Sequence record: PZ445454.1
Length of the DNA stretch: 64,000 nucleotides
Reading direction: 5' to 3' (one strand)
From: a phage
The translations under genes and the position numbers were made by a program. Each line of letters opens with the position of its first letter. Positions within the stretch are counted from its first letter, which is position 1. The notes under the pieces were generated by a model that saw nothing but the letters and a program-made list of their open reading frames with translations, was not told the origin of the DNA and searched no databases. This document shows positions 1-7,451 of the stretch, piece by piece.

Positions 1-2
1 TG

Positions 3-371
3 AAGTGGCTAGAGGAAGCTTTTAAAAATAATATTGGTGCAATTGTAGTTGGTATTTTTAGTGTTATTGGGATGTATACCACCATGCAAGTCTCGGATGG
101 TAAGCAAGAAGTGTCTATCACAACAAAGTTACAGCAGTTAGATAATTATTCCAAAAGTAATTATTCAGCTATTCGTGATTTACAGTCTGATATGAGGCTG
201 CTTCAGCTAGGGATGGAGAACCAGAAAGTCCAGTTAGAGAATGTTAAGGGTGAGAACGCAAAACTTACTAAGACTCTTGATAAATTCTCTGATAGTGTGA
301 ACAATCTGGCTCAATCAGTATCAGCCCTCCAAGCTATTACTGAAAAGAACACAAAGAATACTGAAAAGTAA
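3..371 (+). CDS. hypothetical protein, probably 5'-truncated by the window edge (in-frame hydrophobic segment upstream of the ATG at 72; coiled-coil-like C-terminus)
   Basis: ORF track 72..371; frame stays open back to position 3 with a hydrophobic stretch IGAIVVGIFSVIGMY; no obvious RBS before 72. Confidence 0.4.
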   Translation, partial: KWLEEAFKNNIGAIVVGIFSVIGMYTTMQVSDGKQEVSITTKLQQLDNYSKSNYSAIRDLQSDMRLLQLGMENQKVQLENVKGENAKLTKTLDKFSDSVNNLAQSVSALQAITEKNTKNTEK

Positions 372-376
372 AGTTT

Positions 377-406
377 AAGGCTCCTTTTTACGGGAGCCTT
401 TTTTGT
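377..406. terminator. hairpin plus T-run between convergent genes (candidate bidirectional intrinsic terminator)
   Basis: AAGGCTCC-TTTTTA-CGGGAGCCTT followed by TTTTTT, located between the + ORF ending 371 and the - ORF ending 408. Confidence 0.55.
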
Positions 407-407
407 T

Positions 408-1307
408 TTATTTACCTACTGACAAAGGTGCTTCAATCTTCCCTGCATGTTGATAGTTGCTAATACCACCAATAAAGTCACTTGCAGTAAGATGTTTCAG
501 GTCACTTAAAGTATTAAGTTGTAAACCAATCTCAAAAGTAGGTGCATGGAACTCTTCATTGCTCATCAGTTCATAAACCTGCTTCATATGGTTCTGATAA
601 ATCTGAGTATCCCCAAAGACACCTATCAAATATCGTGGAGTGTATCCAGTCATCTTACAAAGAACTTCCAGAATAAAACCATAAGACGCAATGTTAAAGG
701 GAAGTCCTAGAAAGGTGTCTACAGAACGCTGATACCATTGTAAGTCAACTTCACCTTCATTAGTGATATAAATCTGAAACAGAACATGACAAGGTGCTAA
801 AGCCATTGAGTTTGCTGCAATATCTGCTGCATTCCAAGCATTAACTAGCATGTAACGGTCTGTGATATCACCCTTCATCTTTGTTACTAAGGTCTCTAAC
901 TGGTCTACAACACAACCATTATGACCTTCAAAGTTTCTCCACTGAACTCCGTAGATTCTTCCACCTGCATCTTCTAACCAATCCTGTTCAGAAGAATAAT
1001 TAGAGCTTAACCAGCGTTTAAAATCATCTGACCAGATTGTCCAGCGTTCTCCGTCATTTTCACCCCAAGTACGGTAACGAAGTTCACCAAGCTTATTCTC
1101 ACCGTTCAGGAACCATAAAGCTTCCCCAATAACTTGCCGTGTAAACACCTGTTTAGATGTTAAGAGCGGGAAACCAGTTCGCATATCAAAACGAAACTGA
1201 GGTGGAGCAAATGCAGAGATAACATCTCCAGTTCGTGTAGTACGCAGTTCGCCAACAGATAAAACATGGTTCAGGATATTTTTGTAACTTGTATCTGCTT
1301 GTGACAT
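408..1307 (-). CDS. thyA: thymidylate synthase
   Basis: 299 aa; translation shows ThyA-like sequence throughout (RTGFPLLTSK, catalytic Cys region ALAPCHVLFQ, DTFLGLPFNIASY). Confidence 0.9.
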   Translation of the reverse strand: MSQADTSYKNILNHVLSVGELRTTRTGDVISAFAPPQFRFDMRTGFPLLTSKQVFTRQVIGEALWFLNGENKLGELRYRTWGENDGERWTIWSDDFKRWLSSNYSSEQDWLEDAGGRIYGVQWRNFEGHNGCVVDQLETLVTKMKGDITDRYMLVNAWNAADIAANSMALAPCHVLFQIYITNEGEVDLQWYQRSVDTFLGLPFNIASYGFILEVLCKMTGYTPRYLIGVFGDTQIYQNHMKQVYELMSNEEFHAPTFEIGLQLNTLSDLKHLTASDFIGGISNYQHAGKIEAPLSVGK

Positions 1308-1308
1308 A

Positions 1309-1854
1309 TCAAAAGTGTCCTTTTACTTGTGGAACATAAATTTCAAAAGTTGCTTTACCATCCTCTGATGGTTTTGACTGTACCTTTGTAAACACACGGT
1401 TATCATACAGCTTCTCAAAGAAGTTTTCAAAAGGTAAATGCACGGTGGCCTCTTCAGTAACTTTATGGAAAACAGTATGGAACACCACACTAGCATACGG
1501 TAAAGCATTGACAAGGATACCTGCACCACCAATTACAAAGACATCTTCATCAATAGAGCTATCAAGATACTTCAAAAATGCTCCAAATGACTCTTTACTG
1601 GCTTTAGCATACATTACATCATCTTTGCCAAAGTCTATGCCTAAGTATGGTACAGAATTTGTTAAGATGAGGTTTGCACGTTCTGGTAAAGGTTTACTAC
1701 CCAGAGTCTTGAAAGTTTCATTACCCATCACTACTAAGTTATTTTTAGTGAGTCTCTTAAACTCTTGCATGTCCTGTTTATGTCGAGGCCACGGCATACC
1801 AGTTGGAGTACCAAACTCACCATTTTCACCACTTGCAAAGATTAATTTAATCAT
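1309..1854 (-). CDS. folA: dihydrofolate reductase
   Basis: 181 aa; DHFR-like N-terminus IKLIFASGENGEFG...MPW and length; adjacent to thyA as in many large phages. Confidence 0.85.
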   Translation of the reverse strand: MIKLIFASGENGEFGTPTGMPWPRHKQDMQEFKRLTKNNLVVMGNETFKTLGSKPLPERANLILTNSVPYLGIDFGKDDVMYAKASKESFGAFLKYLDSSIDEDVFVIGGAGILVNALPYASVVFHTVFHKVTEEATVHLPFENFFEKLYDNRVFTKVQSKPSEDGKATFEIYVPQVKGHF

Positions 1855-2111
1855 TTTGTAAATCCTTTCTTAATAAACCAGTTGATAACATTCTTCACAG
1901 CTTTATTGCTATGGTAGATTAAGTGTGGTGTAGGTTGGTATGAACCATAAGCCCAGAATGATAGATGCTCACCACAACCAACACATGTTGTACTCTCTTC
2001 AGCTATATGACCATTAACAATCACATGAACTTCACCTTGTAAGTCTGTACATCCACAATGTGGGCATCGGATAGGTGTTCCATCAGACTCATAGCAGTGT
2101 TCAATTTTCAT
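1851..2111 (-). CDS. small zinc-ribbon protein (two CxxC pairs)
   Basis: 86 aa; CPHCGC and CVGCGEH motifs. Confidence 0.5.
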   Translation of the reverse strand: MKIEHCYESDGTPIRCPHCGCTDLQGEVHVIVNGHIAEESTTCVGCGEHLSFWAYGSYQPTPHLIYHSNKAVKNVINWFIKKGFTK

Positions 2112-2633
2112 CTATTTAACCTCAAAAACTGGCTCAAGAACCAATATAAAGTCTACACAGTCATCTTCTTCATCCAGAATACCATCAAAGTTCTTAGGAA
2201 CGAAGTCGAAGAGGCTCATAACAAAACAGTCAGAAGTAACCCTAATAGTCCCTCCCATGTTCTCTACAGTCAACACTGTACGACTTTCTTTTACCTCCCT
2301 CAGAAGATTACTCACAAAGTCATCTAAGAAATACTTCATTAGTGACTTGAAACCTTTAGGGTAATCTGTACCAGAGTATGTTTCAATCTGTGGTACAAGC
2401 TTAACATTTATACTAGTCTTTGTTAAGAATGTATTAGAGAACATACTATCAGGTAACTTACAAACAGTCTTTCCAGTACCTTCATGTTCAATCTCAACAA
2501 AACCAGCTTCATCGCCACATGTAACTATTTTAAAAGATGCTTCATTCTCATACTGTGAAGCCATAAACTTTTTAAGCATCACTTTAAGGAAGTCTGCATG
2601 AGCATCTTGTAAGAAGATATCAATCATAGTCAA
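2112..2633 (-). CDS. hypothetical protein
   Basis: 173 aa ORF, tight packing with neighbours. Confidence 0.5.
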   Translation of the reverse strand: MTMIDIFLQDAHADFLKVMLKKFMASQYENEASFKIVTCGDEAGFVEIEHEGTGKTVCKLPDSMFSNTFLTKTSINVKLVPQIETYSGTDYPKGFKSLMKYFLDDFVSNLLREVKESRTVLTVENMGGTIRVTSDCFVMSLFDFVPKNFDGILDEEDDCVDFILVLEPVFEVK

Positions 2634-2640
2634 TCACCTA

Positions 2641-3000
2641 TTATGGGAACAAGCACTTAATGTCATCGTTTTTGAAAACAAAACTTGTGTAGTTATGACC
2701 ATCAACATCCAGCCAAACAGCCTGAACATCCACACCATCAAGATTTTGGTAAAGCTCTTTGATGAAGTGGTCTTTTACAATCTGACTGCTAGTTGTTTCC
2801 AACTTAATGTTCGAGATTGCTGAACCTACAGCCATATAGCCCATGACACGTTTCTTCTCAGTATGCTTAATCTTACCATCTTTGTAAGCCATAATGAGAT
2901 TGGAAAGAATCTTTACACCATAATACTTTTCAAGGTGAGTAGGTACACCATAAAAGCCTAATGCGAAGTTTTCAGAGTGGATAATGTTTTCACGTTTCAT
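2641..3000 (-). CDS. hypothetical protein
   Basis: 119 aa ORF. Confidence 0.5.
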   Translation of the reverse strand: MKRENIIHSENFALGFYGVPTHLEKYYGVKILSNLIMAYKDGKIKHTEKKRVMGYMAVGSAISNIKLETTSSQIVKDHFIKELYQNLDGVDVQAVWLDVDGHNYTSFVFKNDDIKCLFP

Positions 3001-3001
3001 A

Positions 3002-3331
3002 TTAATCTGCCAACCTTAAATTGAAATTAACACCAAATTTTTCACATACTTCCAACATATACTCAAGGGAGACGTTACCAGTGAGATGGATTATGTTGGA
3101 TACACGAGCCTGAGAGATACCACAAATTTTAGCAACTTGCTCTTGAGAAAGACCTCTTGATTTAATCTCTCTCTTAAAACGATGTGCAACAAAGTCTCTC
3201 ATTTCGTCTACATCCATTGGACAAATATAACTCTCCATTTCAGCCTCTCTATCAGCCTCCCAATCATCTTGTGGGGCATAAGGGTCAAAAACCTCATTCA
3301 TCTTTCTTCTTCCGTTTGCGTGAAGTATCAA
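3002..3331 (-). CDS. helix-turn-helix DNA-binding protein (XRE-like HTH at C-terminus)
   Basis: 109 aa; LSQEQVAKICGISQARVSNI resembles XRE/Cro-type HTH. Confidence 0.5.
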   Translation of the reverse strand: MILHANGRRKMNEVFDPYAPQDDWEADREAEMESYICPMDVDEMRDFVAHRFKREIKSRGLSQEQVAKICGISQARVSNIIHLTGNVSLEYMLEVCEKFGVNFNLRLAD

Positions 3332-3506
3332 TCAATGAATCTATATTTGTAGCCCTAACCTTTTCACGTTCATCATTAAGATAATCATCAAGAGCCTTTT
3401 CAATCTGTGAATCATCTTGACAAATGACTGTAAAGACTGTAAAGCCGTCTGTATCATCAATTATCTTACCATAACCGCTTCTGGGATGTAACTTTTTAAG
3501 AGCCAT
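3294..3506 (-). CDS. hypothetical protein
   Basis: 70 aa ORF, overlaps downstream gene start; lysine-rich C-terminus. Confidence 0.35.
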   Translation of the reverse strand: MALKKLHPRSGYGKIIDDTDGFTVFTVICQDDSQIEKALDDYLNDEREKVRATNIDSLIDTSRKRKKKDE

Positions 3507-3507
3507 A

Positions 3508-3891
3508 TCAAATACCTGTGCAGCTTCTGTTTTCTAAGAAATACTCAACACCATACATAGCTTTTTGCATCAAATCTTCTTTAAACTGGATACGATGATT
3601 GAGCATAACCTGTACATCAATATCATCATGGTGTTTCTCTTTAATATTTGCAGATTGCAGGAAATACTCTGCAAGAACGCGATACTGGTAGTCAGTCACC
3701 TTATCAGTCATCTCTGTCAAAGACTCTTCAGAGATTGGTTTAAGTAACTCACCTTTAGATAGCGCAACACCTTTAACAATCTGGCAAGTGTCTTCTGGAA
3801 CACCTGATAAGTCCACATTTGGAAGTTCTGTTGCATTAACTGGTAAATTCATTGCCATAACCATTGCAGCAGCTAATAAAACCTTTTTCAT
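3508..3891 (-). CDS. secreted/periplasmic hypothetical protein
   Basis: 127 aa; N-terminal signal-peptide-like MKKVLLAAAMVMAMNLPVNA. Confidence 0.55.
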   Translation of the reverse strand: MKKVLLAAAMVMAMNLPVNATELPNVDLSGVPEDTCQIVKGVALSKGELLKPISEESLTEMTDKVTDYQYRVLAEYFLQSANIKEKHHDDIDVQVMLNHRIQFKEDLMQKAMYGVEYFLENRSCTGI

Positions 3892-4030
3892 AATGACCTC
3901 AAAGTTATATTAAATTTTGTATTACATTGAGTATAAAAATAAGCTATAACACCTGACTTGTCAACAGATTTTATAGCTTATTTGGCAGATTTTTTATAAG
4001 GCTACTGCCATCCTTCCATACCTTACCTTA

Positions 4031-4084
4031 CCACACCTAACCATACCTAACCATACCTAACCATACCTAACCATACCTAACCAA
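4031..4084. repeat. tandem decamer repeat (CCATACCTAA, about 5 copies)
   Basis: cacacctaa ccatacctaa x4 read directly; lies in a 590 bp ORF-free intergenic region (3892-4481). Confidence 0.8.
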
Positions 4085-4481
4085 ACTACACCATACAATA
4101 CCTTGTTAAAAGACCCTCTTAAAAGACCTTTTAAAAAGGTAAGTCTCATTTTAATGTAGTTGAGACTAACTACCCATACCAAACAGCACCGCACTATGCC
4201 TTACCCCACCTCACCGAGCCTCGCCCCACATCACTTAAAAACCCTTTTCAAAGACTCTTAAGTGATGCTGGTGAGTACCCGTTGGTTTATGCTGCTCAGT
4301 ATACTCACCAAATTTTCTATGTCAACAACTTTTATATAAAAGTCCTGATAGCTATATGTGTTACAAAACAGAAGATTGTGAACAAGACACCCATTGCAAA
4401 GGATGTGTTCAAAAGTTTACTTGTTATGTAAGACAACACAAAGATAACTAATGCAAATAGTATGATTATGCTTAGCATAGT

Positions 4482-5585
4482 TTACTCATAATCCCTAATA
4501 ACTAGTCCGACAGGGAACTGTAAAGAACCCTTACGAGTCATCTTCTGGAACTGAACCGTTAAAGGCTTCCCGATAAACTCATCAGGATGCTCAGCAAGAT
4601 ACTGTTTCTTCTCATGAGTAGTCTTCCATGAGACATCTACAAAGACGTTAGGAAGAGTCTCTACAACGAACTTACCATGACCACGTTTATCGGTCTTTAC
4701 ACCAGTCACTTTAAACTCTTCAGTGTGCATCTTCTTGTGCTTAATCAAGAAGTATGAACGGTGACCACACTCATAGAAGGAGTCTTCAGAGATTGAACGG
4801 TACATTGCACCTTCAAACTTGGCTTCAACCCACTTATCATGAGCTTCATCAAACTCTTCCCAAGAATTTACACGACGAGATTTAACAGGGACAACTTTAC
4901 AGCCATCTCTAAAGTCATTCAATGGTGAAGTCTCAATAATATCTCTACGCTCAGGCCACGTTTTAGTACTGTCACAGATATCATACCAGTAGAACTTAAG
5001 TAAGTGTCTGTCAGGATTGTCTTCATTTTTAATCATGGAGACAATATCTTCTAAGTCCCACCCATGAGCATAAATCTCTCCATCAAATTCATCAACATCT
5101 TTGTGGAGCCTTAACATTGCCATAATGTCAGGTATTAGTTCAGTAGGGATTTTGTAAACAGTATTCTCACGAGAATATGCTGTAAATACACTGCCAATAC
5201 TTAAGTGTCTTGAAATTCTACAACGTACACCATCAAGTTTTGGTTGAGCATCAGCAGGGAACTTCAGATACTTTGCATGACTAACCTTTGCAGCGTCATG
5301 AGCAAGCTGTACACCTACCTTTTCAGTATTCTGTGCAGACTCTTTTGTGTAAGCATAACCTTTACGGTCAACTTGCTTTTTATACTTAGCAGCAACTTCA
5401 AAGAGAGCTTGCTGTTCAGCGTTACGCTCATTCTTTTTACCGATGTTTTTCGGTTCTGCTGTATACTCTTCAAACATCATCTTGCCATTTTCTTTACCGT
5501 AGGTTGTAATAACTTTGTCACCTACAGCAACGCATGACCAGACGTTAAAAGAGCCATCTTTATTTTGTTTGTACAGAATTGTCAT
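4482..5585 (-). CDS. ATP-dependent DNA ligase
   Basis: Nucleotidyltransferase motif I KLDGVRC and DGEIY motif; ORF track starts at 5621 but the internal Met at 5585 has a better RBS (AGAGGT). Confidence 0.65.
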   Translation of the reverse strand: MTILYKQNKDGSFNVWSCVAVGDKVITTYGKENGKMMFEEYTAEPKNIGKKNERNAEQQALFEVAAKYKKQVDRKGYAYTKESAQNTEKVGVQLAHDAAKVSHAKYLKFPADAQPKLDGVRCRISRHLSIGSVFTAYSRENTVYKIPTELIPDIMAMLRLHKDVDEFDGEIYAHGWDLEDIVSMIKNEDNPDRHLLKFYWYDICDSTKTWPERRDIIETSPLNDFRDGCKVVPVKSRRVNSWEEFDEAHDKWVEAKFEGAMYRSISEDSFYECGHRSYFLIKHKKMHTEEFKVTGVKTDKRGHGKFVVETLPNVFVDVSWKTTHEKKQYLAEHPDEFIGKPLTVQFQKMTRKGSLQFPVGLVIRDYE

Positions 5586-5778
5586 TTTTAACCTCTGAGT
5601 GATACCAAGTGTAACAAGCATTACATGCGTAAAGCTCTAAGTCATTTTTATCTGGTTTATGGAAACAGTTTGACCCACAACGACACCGGAATAGTTTACC
5701 ATCAACACGAAGAATGAATGTTTCAAGCTCACCATCTTCTGTAAGAACTGCGTTCTTAAGTTTATCTTCTACAGTCAT
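5560..5778 (-). CDS. small zinc-finger protein
   Basis: 72 aa; CRCGSNC...CNAC cysteine pairs. Confidence 0.45.
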   Translation of the reverse strand: MTVEDKLKNAVLTEDGELETFILRVDGKLFRCRCGSNCFHKPDKNDLELYACNACYTWYHSEVKNDNSVQTK

Positions 5779-6080
5779 TTTCTCTTACCACCAATCTCTA
5801 CGTCAATCACTTGAACATCACCAGCAACATCAAACTTATGAATGATGCTTTCCACAGTGTAAGTCCAACCCTCGATTCGAACCAACTCACCTTCTCGTGG
5901 GACGATTGGGTTACGTTGAGCTACGGTTGTAGTGGAGTGAACAACATCATAACAGTAGATATAGTTTACTAGGACTTCCATCTTGAAAACCTCACTCAAT
6001 AACAGTAGTGTGTGATTGACCATTTTTGCCATAGCTATAAGATGTTGTTGTTTGAGAGTTTGGGCATCTGACAACAACAA
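5775..6080 (-). CDS. hypothetical protein
   Basis: 101 aa ORF (non-ATG start in track); overlaps the next ORF. Confidence 0.35.
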   Translation of the reverse strand: MLLSDAQTLKQQHLIAMAKMVNHTLLLLSEVFKMEVLVNYIYCYDVVHSTTTVAQRNPIVPREGELVRIEGWTYTVESIIHKFDVAGDVQVIDVEIGGKRK

Positions 6081-6252
6081 TATCTCTGCTTATGGCATCA
6101 CCATGTAACTTATAGGCTCTGCAATCTTGCATCTCTGGTGGGAGGCTATAAGAAGCATTTTTGTCCTCGTAAGAGGGATTACAGCCAGATAGAAGGATAA
6201 CACTAAGCACAATTACTGCTTTCCACATAATACTTCTCCTATTACTGTTCAC
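5992..6252 (-). CDS. putative lipoprotein
   Basis: 86 aa; internal Met followed by WKAVIVLSVILLSGC lipobox-like signal. Confidence 0.4.
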   Translation of the reverse strand: MNSNRRSIMWKAVIVLSVILLSGCNPSYEDKNASYSLPPEMQDCRAYKLHGDAISRDIVVVRCPNSQTTTSYSYGKNGQSHTTVIE

Positions 6253-6414
6253 GATGTTCTACTTCTCTGTACGTTCGTCGATAGTTTATAATAAGCTGTG
6301 CTAACTCGTTGCTTTTAACACCTGAACGTAGAAGTTGCCAATCAAAACCTTTACCGACTCTTCCATACAAACTAAAGAATTTTACTTTGCGTTTCATTTT
6401 GGTATCTCCAATAC

Positions 6415-6642
6415 TCAGATGTCAATGCTAATACGTTCACCCTTAAGGACTCCTGTACGGTCCCTTGCAATCTTACCGTCAACAATAAGGATATGTGCAG
6501 ACCTTAAAGATTCGCCATTAAAAGCTTTTACGAACTTACAAGGCATTACCACAATAGACATCTCCTGAATCAACTCTGGAGTATAGCAATTGTCGTGAAG
6601 TTGCTGAATAACGTCTGCAAGTGTCATTTTTGATGTCTCCAA
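6415..6642 (-). CDS. hypothetical protein
   Basis: 75 aa ORF. Confidence 0.35.
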   Translation of the reverse strand: METSKMTLADVIQQLHDNCYTPELIQEMSIVVMPCKFVKAFNGESLRSAHILIVDGKIARDRTGVLKGERISIDI

Positions 6643-6833
6643 TACTCAATATCAATAAGTTCTTGTGCAATACTTTTCAGATTACCTTTCAAGAAAACCT
6701 TCTCAGAACCTGAAAGAGATGAATTGTCAATTAGCCTGTTCATTCTCTCAAACAACTTCTGCTTACGGTTCTTGATAGTTTCCTTTGAAGCACCTTTCAT
6801 CATCGCTGCATGGGTTCTTCCACGGTGGCTCAT
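6624..6833 (-). CDS. hypothetical protein
   Basis: 69 aa ORF, basic. Confidence 0.35.
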   Translation of the reverse strand: MSHRGRTHAAMMKGASKETIKNRKQKLFERMNRLIDNSSLSGSEKVFLKGNLKSIAQELIDIEYWRHQK

Positions 6834-6884
6834 AAGCCCTCCTATACAAGATATAGTATAAGGTACTCTTCCCTGAGCACCTTG

Positions 6885-7451
6885 TCAACTTAGTTTTGCA
6901 AACTCTCCGTGGAGTTTAATAGCAGCTTCACAGTAAGCTTTATGGGCTTCTTCAGGTGTGTCATAGTAGCCTAATGACATCTTTTTACCTTTATAGCTTA
7001 TTTGCGCAAGCCACCTACCAGACTTCTTCTTCAGGCTTACACCCTTATAGCCTGATTTATTGGTAGATAGTTTGCTTTTATTCCAAGCACTTTGGCAGTC
7101 ATCTGCTTCTCTTAAGTTTACAACCCTGTTATCAAGGGAGTCCCCATTAATATGGTCGATAACACCTCTCGGTAGCCTACCATACACGTACAGCCATGCG
7201 AGTCTGTGTGCTTTATGTGCTTTCTTGTCAAAATAGATAGTAATCTGCTTATGACCAGTTGAGTCAATCTGGATGCTCCCCGCTACCTGTCCTGCGTACT
7301 TACTATTAAAGACTTTAACAGCCCTTGAGTCACCCTCTCTACGAAGCCAAGTAAAGACCCCTGTTTCGGGGTCATAGTGTAGTAGCTCCTTTAAACGTTC
7401 TTGTGTAATCATTTTGTCACCATTAATGCACTTCCAACCACGATTTACCAA
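6885..7451 (-). CDS. HNH homing endonuclease with AP2-type DNA-binding domain
   Basis: 188 aa; HNH motif DHINGDSLDNRVVNLREADDCQSAWN plus AP2-like YKGVSLKKKSGRWLAQISYKGKKMSLGYYDTPEEAHKAY; immediately downstream of the DNA polymerase. Confidence 0.8.
   Translation of the reverse strand: MVNRGWKCINGDKMITQERLKELLHYDPETGVFTWLRREGDSRAVKVFNSKYAGQVAGSIQIDSTGHKQITIYFDKKAHKAHRLAWLYVYGRLPRGVIDHINGDSLDNRVVNLREADDCQSAWNKSKLSTNKSGYKGVSLKKKSGRWLAQISYKGKKMSLGYYDTPEEAHKAYCEAAIKLHGEFAKLS

Noticed and set aside
5585-5621. Upstream start of the ligase ORF at 5621 as given in the ORF track
   Set aside because: No RBS before 5621 and it overlaps the upstream gene; the Met at 5585 has a good RBS. This is uncertain, so the longer form remains possible
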